DNA of 64,000 nucleotides. Origin: an uncultured delta proteobacterium (lineage in GTDB: Bacteria; Desulfobacterota; Syntrophia; Syntrophales; UBA5619). The position numbers and the translations under genes were made by a program. Below the pieces are notes generated by a model that saw nothing but the letters and a program-made list of their open reading frames with translations, had not been told where the DNA came from and ran no database searches. This document shows positions 19,741-28,348 of the stretch, one piece after another (within the stretch, counting starts at the first letter, position 1; each line of letters opens with the position of its first letter). The stretch lies in NCBI GenBank assembly GCA_963817385.1, contig CAWFOM010000006.1, forward strand, positions 160,001 to 224,000. Direction: 5' to 3'.

Positions 19741-21069
19741 TTACCCCTGAGGATCATGCATTATGGCTTCGGTTCGCGAGACCTTCTCACGCCGCTTCAG
19801 CCCATCCGAGACATAGACATTCCTCGGATTCCAGAGCATCCATCCTCCGGAGCCGAAGTCATCGGAGGCCTTTATCTGCGTTTTGATCTCGGCGCCCGTG
19901 AAATGCCTCCGGTCAAAGGCATAATCCCGGAAGGCTTGCAGCCACGGCCTGAAGCGGACCGGGGGGATAGCCGTCCTCTCCTGCGCCTTCTTCAGCGTAA
20001 GCGAGACGATCTCGTAGGGATGGGCCACGGGATTCCGGTACCCGGGGATTCCGAACTGGAACCCCGAGGGGTAGAGCATGAGGGAGAGGTAGTCGACATG
20101 CGGCTCGATGGCAACGAGCTTTTGCCCGATCTGCGTGTCGCAGAGGTTCCATGATACATACCCGAAGATATCGGCGGCGAGAAAAACATTGTAGGGGGCG
20201 AGCCGCCTTTTCGCTTCCGCGAGGAAACCCGAGATGTACTTCACCCTGTTCTCTTCGGAGTTCTGGACTGCGAATTTCAATCCCTTTTTGTCCGGGAATC
20301 TCACATAGTCGAACTGGATCTCGTCGAAGCCGTGTCCGGCGGCCTCTACCGCGAGGTCGATATTGTACTGCCAGACTTCCTGTTTCGAGGGATCAACCCA
20401 GATGAGATTCTCCCTGTCGCGCCAGACACCACCGTCCTGGGTCCTTACGGTAAGGTCGGGCCGGGCCGTCCCGAGCACATTGTCCTTGAAGACGACGATC
20501 CGGGCGATGGTATAAACCCCCTTCTCCTTCAGGGAGCGGACCAATTCTCTTACGTCCTTCACGATGATCAGCTTTTGCGCGCCGATCTGATGAGCAAAGG
20601 GAACTTCCGTCTTATAGGTGACTACTCCTTTGTCGCCTTTTACATCTATCACGAGCGCATTGAGCTCCGTCTCTTCGATGAGCTTGAGCGCCGAGTTTCT
20701 CAGTCCCCGGTCCCCGATCCCGTAATAGGTCATATAGAGCGCCTTGGGAGTGAGCGGCAGGAGAGCGATCTCCACGGGGCTCTTCGGCGCAGGAGCGGGA
20801 AGCGCGACCTCTCCCCGTCGATACCCGTATGCCCGCACGCCGACCTTCGTCGCCGCAGATTTCATTGTGAACATGCCTTGCTCATCAGTGCGGAGCACCT
20901 CGTTCGGAAGTGTCACAATTGCCCTGGCAATCGGTCTTTTCGTCGTGAAGTCGGTCACCCTTCCCATGGCATATTCATCCGCAAAGGCAGAAAAGGGGAA
21001 AGCAAACAAAAATCCAAGAAACCAAAGAAATGCACGAAACGCGGCTGCCCCGTAGTTATGAATTTTCAT
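19741..21069 (-). CDS. Secreted putative glycoside hydrolase (DUF4015-like) with an N-terminal carboxypeptidase-regulatory-like domain
   Basis: 'NALVIDVKGD', 'IARIVVFKD', 'GFDEIQFDYVRFP', 'RPWLQAF', 'WMLWNPRNVY'. Confidence 0.75.
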   Translation of the reverse strand: MKIHNYGAAAFRAFLWFLGFLFAFPFSAFADEYAMGRVTDFTTKRPIARAIVTLPNEVLRTDEQGMFTMKSAATKVGVRAYGYRRGEVALPAPAPKSPVEIALLPLTPKALYMTYYGIGDRGLRNSALKLIEETELNALVIDVKGDKGVVTYKTEVPFAHQIGAQKLIIVKDVRELVRSLKEKGVYTIARIVVFKDNVLGTARPDLTVRTQDGGVWRDRENLIWVDPSKQEVWQYNIDLAVEAAGHGFDEIQFDYVRFPDKKGLKFAVQNSEENRVKYISGFLAEAKRRLAPYNVFLAADIFGYVSWNLCDTQIGQKLVAIEPHVDYLSLMLYPSGFQFGIPGYRNPVAHPYEIVSLTLKKAQERTAIPPVRFRPWLQAFRDYAFDRRHFTGAEIKTQIKASDDFGSGGWMLWNPRNVYVSDGLKRREKVSRTEAIMHDPQG

Positions 21070-21076
21070 ACTGCAA

Positions 21077-21871
21077 TTATCCTTTCCCCGCAAGAATGTT
21101 TTCGAATTTTTTCCCCTTATCCGCATTGATCAAGAGATAGCGCGGGAGTTTCAGGAGACCATCCTGACTGCACGCGCGCCTGCGCTCTATCGTGAAGGCG
21201 GCGATATATCCCGCCTCCCTGGCCTTTCCCGCGAGATAGTCGTCACAAATGCCGAAGGGCCACGCGAGCATGTCGGGCCTGGTACCGAGCTCCTGCTCTA
21301 TCTTGACGAGTGTTTTTTTCATCTGCATATCCACGAGCTTTTCAAAATCCGCAGGCCCAAGTTTTTTGCGCTCCCTCAAGAAGTTCGGGTGCCAATAGGT
21401 GTGCGACTGAAAATCGAAGAGTCCGGTCTTCTGCAACGCCCGCAACTCATCCCACGTCATGGCGTAGGTCGCATTCGAGATCGCCGATGGGTAGATGAAG
21501 AGCGTGACCGGAATGGAATATTTCCTGACCAGCGGCAACATATCGGTGTAGACCGATTTGTGACCGTCATCGGCGACGATCACCACCGATTTGGGGGGGA
21601 GATCGGGGATTTTCCCGAGATAGAAATCGATCAGTTTCCTCAGGGGGATAACGGTGTACCCGTTTTTCGCAAGGTATTCCAGATGGGATGCGAACACCTG
21701 GGTAGTCACGGTCATCCCGTCGGCCATGGTGGGCCCGAAGCGGTGATAGAGCAGAATCGGGATTTCGTTCCGCTCACTATTCGCCGTCCCTTGCTGCGTT
21801 GCCCCTTGCACAAGGGGAATCGCGAGGCAGAGAAAAGCAAGCAGAACTGAGGCCATCAGACCTTTCCGCAT
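21077..21871 (-). CDS. Polysaccharide deacetylase (NodB/CE4), secreted
   Basis: 'PILLYHRF', 'IVADDG', 'QSHTYWHP', 'LAWPFG'. Confidence 0.85.
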   Translation of the reverse strand: MRKGLMASVLLAFLCLAIPLVQGATQQGTANSERNEIPILLYHRFGPTMADGMTVTTQVFASHLEYLAKNGYTVIPLRKLIDFYLGKIPDLPPKSVVIVADDGHKSVYTDMLPLVRKYSIPVTLFIYPSAISNATYAMTWDELRALQKTGLFDFQSHTYWHPNFLRERKKLGPADFEKLVDMQMKKTLVKIEQELGTRPDMLAWPFGICDDYLAGKAREAGYIAAFTIERRRACSQDGLLKLPRYLLINADKGKKFENILAGKG

Positions 21872-22249
21872 TGAAAACTCCCTTCGCACCGGCATTGCTC
21901 AGGTTGCGGAAATCCATAAGGGATGCCCGCAGAGAGAGGTATGGAGGCGCGAAAGGCTTATACGCAAGAAACGAACCAGATTAACTGTTATTTTAAGTAG
22001 GTGTAATGACGAGGGTTTTTTGAAACCCTATCCGCTCTGAACGCCGGGCAGGTGGGAATCAGGAAAGAATTTCCTATTAAAAAAATCTTCCTTCACCGAT
22101 CGAGCAGATCCACGGCGGCGATGGAGCAGGCGCGGGCAATGCCCGGTTGTTCCATAAGACTTACACCGGCCGCCGCGCCCAGATTCGAACAGCCGGAATT
22201 CCTTCGGAGGCAGCGGGATATTGACGGGGCTGATAGGAAATTTGACGGT

Positions 22250-22469
22250 CGCCAACACCCTCATCCTGGATGAGCCGACGAATCACCTAGACCTCGAATC
22301 GCTCACTGGCCTGAACAACAGGCTCATCGCCTTTCCGGAGGTGCTGCTCCTGGCCTCCCGCGATCACGAGCTGGTATCCACCGTGGCGAACCGGAGCGTG
22401 GAGATCACCTCCGACGGGGTGGTCGACCGGATGATGGGGTTTGAAGAGTACCTGGAAGCAGGTTGAGCG
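22250..22469 (+). pseudogene. Orphan copy of the ABC-F 3' end (direct repeat copy 2)
   Basis: Encodes ANTLILDEPTNHLDLESL...FEEYLEAG*; the rest of the gene is absent. Confidence 0.92.
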
Positions 22470-23241
22470 GTGTGACGGTTCCAGATGAAAAAGAGGAACG
22501 ATCTCAAAAGAGCTTCATCCGGTTCATACGTACTTCTGAGGTGATAATCTTTTCAATTGAGCTTTGGCTGACTTACACTGGAGAAAAAATATTACTTTGT
22601 CGAAATCTTGGTTTTGAATGGTTCCCCATAATGCATTGCGGTAACCACGTGCACAATTTCACTTGGTAACTCTTTTCTAGTTATCGTCTTTAAGATGTTG
22701 TTTGAACTTAATGAGACACCGAACTCTGTCTGGCTCCATTGTGATAGTTGAGACAAAAGTCTCATATTCCCCTTTTATCCGAGTCGGTTTTAACGCCTAC
22801 CTCCTACCGTCCCCTGATTTCTGATAAGCACGGCTGAGACTGGTCCGTCAACGGTCGAACGACGAGTGAGCCGAAGGGAAACCTTGACAGATGAGGCGCT
22901 CGTGCTACCCCTTCGCGGGCGACGAGAGATTGAAGAGCCCCGCTTTGGTAACACGGGGGCCAAAAAATTCGTAGAATGAACTGTATCTGATAGTCAGCAG
23001 GTTACCCATGAGGAAGTAAAAAGTTCGGCAGATATTCAATACCGCTTGAAAGGAAGTACGCCCACTAAAATTATCAGATGCTCAAACTCCAGGAAGGTTT
23101 CATTAATAAAGCCGCATCAAGATTTTTCAAGATGATCCAAACACGGAAATTGTTGTCTCCACCTACAAACAAACGGCAGGTAATAATTAGGGTTATTGAA
23201 GATTATCGATAGAAATGCTGAACGTTTGGCGTCACCCGAGC

Positions 23242-23637
23242 TTAAAACTGAGGGATGCCGTCTTCCACCGTGACCATATGACTCGTGCCGTCCTTTACAT
23301 TTGTGAGCATAACCTCATTTCGGTTCTTACGATGGCGCTGAAACCGGAAACAACTGGCGACACCGATCTCTGGCGACATAGTGCACACTTGATCGTTGCC
23401 TTTGACTTCCCATGTGCGCGGGAGGGAATTACCTCCCTGTGCGATATAAATTCCCTTTCCATCGGCACGATAGTGCCCGACCCAATGGTTACCTTTGAAC
23501 GTCTTGTTGGAGTATAAGGCGCGTAATTCTTTGGGATCCTTAATGTCGACCCAGTCCTTCGAGCTCTGCGGCATGGCTGGCGTCGAGAGCATGCAGATCA
23601 GAACACCTGTCAAAAAAGCGATATTTCTCGATTTCAT
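23242..23637 (-). CDS. Small secreted beta-rich protein (DUF995-like)
   Basis: Signal peptide, RBS GGGAGG, 'ELRALYSNKTFKG...YRADG...TWEVKGNDQVC...CF' pattern. Confidence 0.65.
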   Translation of the reverse strand: MKSRNIAFLTGVLICMLSTPAMPQSSKDWVDIKDPKELRALYSNKTFKGNHWVGHYRADGKGIYIAQGGNSLPRTWEVKGNDQVCTMSPEIGVASCFRFQRHRKNRNEVMLTNVKDGTSHMVTVEDGIPQF

Positions 23638-23745
23638 GGCATTTCCCTCCCAAAGGTTCGTTTTCAGATGATCAGTGCGAGTCGTTGACAACAATAACGC
23701 CCACCACTTCTTTTCCGGAATAGCTTCATTGAAATTAAAAGACAA

Positions 23746-23784
23746 AAGCCTCCAAAGAGGTTAAGTAACCTCAATGGGAGGCTT
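23746..23784 (-). terminator. Intrinsic terminator-like hairpin
   Basis: Minus strand AAGCCTCC-CATT-GAGGTT-ACTT-AACCTC-TTT-GGAGGCTT followed by TTGTCTTTT. Confidence 0.6.
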
Positions 23785-24090
23785 CATATTGGCACCTTCC
23801 GATAATTCCTTTTCAGAGTGGACTCCAGAAGGTTAAGGGGTAGGTTGATGGGTTTACTGAGCTATAAGAGAAACGACGCCTGATAAATGCTCTTATGCGA
23901 ATGGAAAGTCAAGTGACAAATTTCATTGATAACCATTTGAAAGGGTGGATATTTTTCAAAATCACCGGACGCTTGACTTCAGAAGGAAACGACACCATCT
24001 CCCGCCCCAAAAATCACGCCCAACAATCTGTACTTTTCACTCCGAAGTCAATTCCCATGAGGGCAATCTCTCTGCACCAGCCCTCCTCCT

Positions 24091-24375
24091 TCACGCCGCC
24101 GTTTTCAGTCTGACATGCATGCCCGCCCTCGTGGCAAGAGTGACAAGCATTTCGAGGCTGAACCTCTCCCATTTCCCTCTAATCAGGTCGGATATTCTCG
24201 ATTGGCTGACACACAGAATTTTCGCGGCATTGGCCTGCGTAAGCTTCTTGGCCTCAATGAACTTGCGGAGCTTGGCCATAAGATCAGCACGCATCTGGAG
24301 AATTGCCGCTTCTTCTGGGGCATATCCAAGATCAATAAATACGTTGCCGGATGACTTAATAATTGTCCCGCTCAT
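24091..24375 (-). CDS. XRE/HTH antitoxin (HigA-like)
   Basis: 'SSGNVFIDLG', 'LTQANAAKILCVSQSRISDL.RGK..FSLEML'. Confidence 0.88.
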   Translation of the reverse strand: MSGTIIKSSGNVFIDLGYAPEEAAILQMRADLMAKLRKFIEAKKLTQANAAKILCVSQSRISDLIRGKWERFSLEMLVTLATRAGMHVRLKTAA

Positions 24376-24378
24376 AAA

Positions 24379-24699
24379 TTATCCTCCAATTTGCTTGTAA
24401 CGTTGGCGAGCCAAATCAATATCTTGTTTACTCGTTTTTTTCGACTTCTTTTGAAATGCATGAAGCACATAAACCGCTTCGTTATGCTTCGCGAGATAGA
24501 TAACCCGCCACTCGCCAAGTATGTGAATACGAATTTCCTTTACACCGGCTCCTACAATTTGCATTGGCTTCCAGTCACTCGGCTCAAGTCCTGACTGAAT
24601 CGCGTGAAGCTCAAAACCCGCAGCCCGTCTCGCTTCATCAGGAAAGTTACGAAGATCATCGAGGCTTGAGGCTATGAATTTCAGCGGCTTTATCTTCAT
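24379..24699 (-). CDS. RelE/ParE-superfamily toxin (Gp49/HigB-like)
   Basis: 'PSDWKPM..VGAGVKEIRI', 'VYVLHAFQKKSKKT..DIDLARQR'; toxin-first order. Confidence 0.88.
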   Translation of the reverse strand: MKIKPLKFIASSLDDLRNFPDEARRAAGFELHAIQSGLEPSDWKPMQIVGAGVKEIRIHILGEWRVIYLAKHNEAVYVLHAFQKKSKKTSKQDIDLARQRYKQIGG

Positions 24700-24733
24700 T
24701 GAGGCATTATATAAGTTTTTGTATATTTGACAA
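24700..24733 (-). promoter_or_regulatory. Sigma70 promoter of the TA operon, apparently leaderless
   Basis: TTGTCA-N16-TATAAT then 6 nt to the toxin ATG; inverted repeat ATATA-N8-TATAT overlapping the spacer and -10. Confidence 0.65.
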
Positions 24734-24955
24734 GGACAAAATTCAAGGCATTTTAAGTCGATGAATACCGTTTGTAAACATGCATTTCTGTCAAGAGCGA
24801 CGTTTTATTGAGTACAGGAAGAAGTCTACACCCAAAAACTCGTAAGGAATCACCATATCCCTTTGCGTCTCAGCTGGGCTGACCTTTTCCTCAATCAATA
24901 ATAATTGAAGCTCCGCCCACAGGGCAGGGCTTGCGGGTTGCGCTCCCGGTCAATC

Positions 24956-26458
24956 CTACTCGGCATCGACCAGCTTCTCCCTCTTCTTCCCGATGGCGGG
25001 GATCAGGGGAAATAGTAAAAAGGCCAAGGCGATCAGAAGCGCCCCGAGTGCCAACGGACGCTTGACGAAGATGTCCAGTCCCCCGTGGGAGATGATCAGG
25101 GACTGGCGCAGGGCCGTCTCCAGCAGGGGGCCCAGGATAAAGGCAAGGATCAAAGGCCCCCCGTCGTACCGGTATTTCTTCATCAGGTAGCCGATCCCGC
25201 CGAAGGCCAGCATCACCACCATGTCGACCACCCGGAAATTCACGCTGTAGGAACCGATCAGGCAAAACAGGATGATCAGGGGAAAGAGGATCTTGTAGGG
25301 GACCTTCAGGACCTTCACCCAGATCCCGATCAGGGGGAGGTTCAGGACCAAGAGCATCACGTTTCCGATGATCATGCTGATCATCACCCCCCAGAAAAAG
25401 TCGGGCTGCTTCTGGATGAGCATCGGACCGGGCACCGTTCCGTGGATCATCAGGGCCGCCAGGAACAGGGCCATCACCACGTTCGAAGGGATCCCCAGGG
25501 TGAGCAGGGGGACCATGGAGCCGAAGGTCGCCGCATTGTTGGCCGACTCGGGACCGGCCACCCCCTCGATGGCTCCCTTGCCGAACCCCTCCGGGTGTTT
25601 CGAGATCCGCTTCTCGACGGCGTAGGAGACAAAGGAGGAGATCACCGCCGTCCCCCCGGGGATGACCCCGATGAAAAACCCGAGAATGGAGCCCCGGGTG
25701 ATCGGCGCCCACGACCTTTTCCAGTCCTCCCGGTTCGGCAGGAGCCCTTTGATCTTCGTTTCATAGACATCCCTTTGCTCCTGTTGCTCCAGGTTGAAAA
25801 GGACCTCGGAGATGCCGAAAAGCCCCATGACCACCGGGACCATGTCAAAGCCGTCCAGGAGGGGCTTGATCCCGTAGGTGAGTCGGGGGGTCCCGCTGAT
25901 CGGGTCCATTCCGACGCATCCCAGGACGATGCCCAGCGCCACCATCAGCAAGGCCTTGACCATGGACCCCGACCCCAGGAACGTGGAGAGGGTGAGCCCC
26001 AGGACCATCAGGCCGAAAAACTCCGGCGGTCCGAAATCGAAGGCCAGACGGGAGAGAGACGGGGCCAGCAGGGAGATCATCGCCACGCCGAAAAAGCCGG
26101 CGATGAACGAGCCGAAGGCCGAAATCCCCAGTGCCCGGCCTGCCTTTCCCTGGCGGGCCATCTGATACCCGTCGAAGCAGGTCACCACGGAGGCCGCCTC
26201 GCCGGGGATGTTGACCAGGATCGAGGTGGTCGAGCCGCCGTACATCGCCCCGTAATAGATCCCGGACAGCATGATGATCGCCGAGACCGGGCTCATCGTA
26301 AAGGTGGCCGGCATGAGGATCGCCACGGCGCCCGACGTCCCGATCCCGGGCAGGACCCCGATCAGCGTCCCGATCAGGACCCCGATGAAACAATACATCA
26401 GATTCATGGGCTGGAAGGCGGTGACGACCCCGATCTGCAGCCCGGCAAAAAAATCCAT
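24956..26458 (-). CDS. tctA: Tripartite tricarboxylate transporter permease TctA
   Basis: 'GTLIGVLPGIG', 'YGGSTTSILVNIPGE', 'EGVAGPESANNA', 'PLLTLGIPS'. Confidence 0.93.
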   Translation of the reverse strand: MDFFAGLQIGVVTAFQPMNLMYCFIGVLIGTLIGVLPGIGTSGAVAILMPATFTMSPVSAIIMLSGIYYGAMYGGSTTSILVNIPGEAASVVTCFDGYQMARQGKAGRALGISAFGSFIAGFFGVAMISLLAPSLSRLAFDFGPPEFFGLMVLGLTLSTFLGSGSMVKALLMVALGIVLGCVGMDPISGTPRLTYGIKPLLDGFDMVPVVMGLFGISEVLFNLEQQEQRDVYETKIKGLLPNREDWKRSWAPITRGSILGFFIGVIPGGTAVISSFVSYAVEKRISKHPEGFGKGAIEGVAGPESANNAATFGSMVPLLTLGIPSNVVMALFLAALMIHGTVPGPMLIQKQPDFFWGVMISMIIGNVMLLVLNLPLIGIWVKVLKVPYKILFPLIILFCLIGSYSVNFRVVDMVVMLAFGGIGYLMKKYRYDGGPLILAFILGPLLETALRQSLIISHGGLDIFVKRPLALGALLIALAFLLFPLIPAIGKKREKLVDAE

Positions 26459-26467
26459 ATATTCCCC

Positions 26468-26929
26468 TTAGGCCCGGATGAAGCTCAGGACTCCCGGAGG
26501 GAACTGGAGTTCCAAAAAGACCCCGAAGACCAGGTAGCAGATCGCGATGGTCACCGCCGATAAAAGCAGTGCGTTCCGCCAGCTTTGGGGCTCCAGCCCC
26601 TTGAACAGATAAACGAGGAGCAGGAAGGTGCTCAGGATGAATCCCAGGACCTGGAAAACCGCCACGTAGAGGAAGAGGGCCGCCATGAGCTTCGCCCCGC
26701 GGAACCATCGGACCCCCCGCCAGAGGGCTTTGTGTTCTTGATCGGGGGTCGTAAAGGTTGCGATGAAAAAAAAGGCGCTGAGGATCACGATGATCACACC
26801 CATCCAGAAGATCATGAACCCCGGTTTGGGCGCCCGCCCGGTGCCCAGTTTCAGCAGAAACCCCTCGTACGTGATGTAGAGGCCGAAGACCGCCCAGAGC
26901 AGGGACTGGATTCGCTCGCTTTTTCTCAT
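26468..26929 (-). CDS. tctB: TctB family membrane subunit
   Basis: About four transmembrane helices, 'PKPGF', 'LGFILSTF', 'FLELQFPPG'; between tctC and tctA. Confidence 0.85.
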   Translation of the reverse strand: MRKSERIQSLLWAVFGLYITYEGFLLKLGTGRAPKPGFMIFWMGVIIVILSAFFFIATFTTPDQEHKALWRGVRWFRGAKLMAALFLYVAVFQVLGFILSTFLLLVYLFKGLEPQSWRNALLLSAVTIAICYLVFGVFLELQFPPGVLSFIRA

Positions 26930-26939
26930 CGATCCCCCG

Positions 26940-27066
26940 ACAGGCTGTTGAAAAATGTCCGTCTGCGGCGTTTCCCTCATTCTGCGCCGTTCAACGTACC
27001 CCAAAAGTACGCCCCACGGCTCAGAATTTCGGGGGCCTTGGATCCAGACGTTTTTGAACAGCCTGT
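26940..27066. mobile_element. MITE/REP-like element with terminal inverted repeats
   Basis: ACAGGCTGTTGAAAAA ... TTTTTGAACAGCCTGT, 127 bp, no transposase. Confidence 0.75.
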
Positions 27067-27131
27067 GAATCAGCAACTTTTTCAACCGGCCTCTCAGGCG
27101 GCGTTTGGCCGTTCGCAGCCGGGTGCTAAAG

Positions 27132-28092
27132 TTATTCCGGCTGTATCCCCGCCTTGTCGGCCACCTTTTTGAAGTAGTCGGCCTGATTCTTGATCCAGGT
27201 CCGGGCCTCGTCCGGCGTCCCGTGGAACGGCTCAAGACCGTTCTGGGCGTTGAATTTCTTGAACTCCTCCGTATCCATGGCCTTCTTGAAGACGTCCACC
27301 AGCAGGGCCTTCACATCCTTGGGGAGGCCCTTGGGGGCCGCCATACCCATCCAGCGGCTCACCACGACGTCAAATCCCAACTCCCTGGCGGTGGGGGCGT
27401 CGGGGTAATGCCGCAACCGCTTGGTGCTCAGGGAGACAAGCGCCCGGATCTTCTTGGCCTCGTTCAGGGTGATCGCCTCGGAAACGCCGGGGGCGACCAC
27501 GTCCACATGCCGCCCGACCGTTGCGACCAGGGCCGGCGCCGCGCCCTTGAACGGGACGTAGCTCAACTGAATCCCGGCGGCGGCGGCAAAGGCGGCCACC
27601 GCAAGGTGCTGCGGGGAACCGTGGCCGGCCGTACCGACGGTCAGCTTCCCGGGGTTCGCCTTGGCGGCGGCGATGAAAGTCGGCGATGGTCTTATAGGGG
27701 CTGTCCACACCCACGACCATGATCATGGGGTCTTCCCCGGCCACGGCGAAGGGATCGAGTGTGTCCGGTGTCGGATAATCCTTCATCACGGCGGGGGCGA
27801 TGGTGTTGGTGGTCGTCAGGAGCATCAGCGTGTAGCCGTCGGGCTGGGCATTGAGGACCTCCCGCATCCCCATGAGCCCCGTCGCGCCGGTGATGTTTTC
27901 CACATACATCCTTCCATCCAGGGACGGGTTGACCAGGCGGGTCAATGTCCGCGCCATGATGTCGCTGCCTCCTCCCGCGGCCCAGGCGCAAACCAGTTTG
28001 ATCTTGCGCTCCGGATATTTTGCCCAGGCCGACGAAACCCCAAGGGCAACGATCAACATCAAAACGAAAAGGGCAAGCATTCTTTTTTTCAT
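27132..28092 (-). CDS. tctC: TctC substrate-binding protein; +1 frameshift at ~27677
   Basis: 'YPERKIKLVCAWAAGGGSD', then 'VPFKGAAPA', 'PDAPTARELG' in another frame; an extra T in GACTTTCATC explains the shift. Confidence 0.85.
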
Positions 28093-28248
28093 CGCAGATC
28101 CTCCGAGTGAATGTTGGTTTTCTGGGAAACCTTGCAAAGAGCCGTCTGGAACCAGACACTAAACGGGTAAGAACCCATTTCGACGCGTGACGAGGATAAG
28201 AAATGCGGTCCGGACTGTCAAGGAGATTTACCAAAGATCTTTAGCAGA

Positions 28249-28326
28249 GCTGTACGATGGCCACGCGCGAGGAGATCTACGCCAAGCCTGAGTCCGCGGA
28301 AGAGGACGGGTCCGCTCCGCGGAGCT
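28249..28326 (+). pseudogene. Short internal fragment of an ABC-F gene (homologous to 12347-12430)
   Basis: CGCGCGAGGAGATCTACGCCAAGCCTGAGTCCGCGGAAGAGGACGGGTCCGCTCCGCGGAGCT versus gene CGCGCGAGGCGATTTACGCCAAGCCCGAGTTTACGGAAGAGGACGGGGTCCGCTCCGCGGAGCT. Confidence 0.85.
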
Positions 28327-28348
28327 TTAGGGTTGAATATGCCGTCAG

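Larger units (their letters stand above)
13659..22249. mobile_element. Cargo island 2 bounded by the ABC-F 3'-end repeat (no integrase)
   Basis: Flanked by 220-bp direct repeats. Confidence 0.6.

Noticed and set aside
23210..23245. attC-like GCCAAAC/GTTCAGC after the small secreted gene
   Set aside because: No spacer or L boxes between the cores, no second site and no integron integrase
24906..24934. Hairpin AAGCTCCGCCC-ACA-GGGCAGGGCTT as an IS200/IS605 end
   Set aside because: No tnpA or tnpB nearby; equally explained as the tctA terminator
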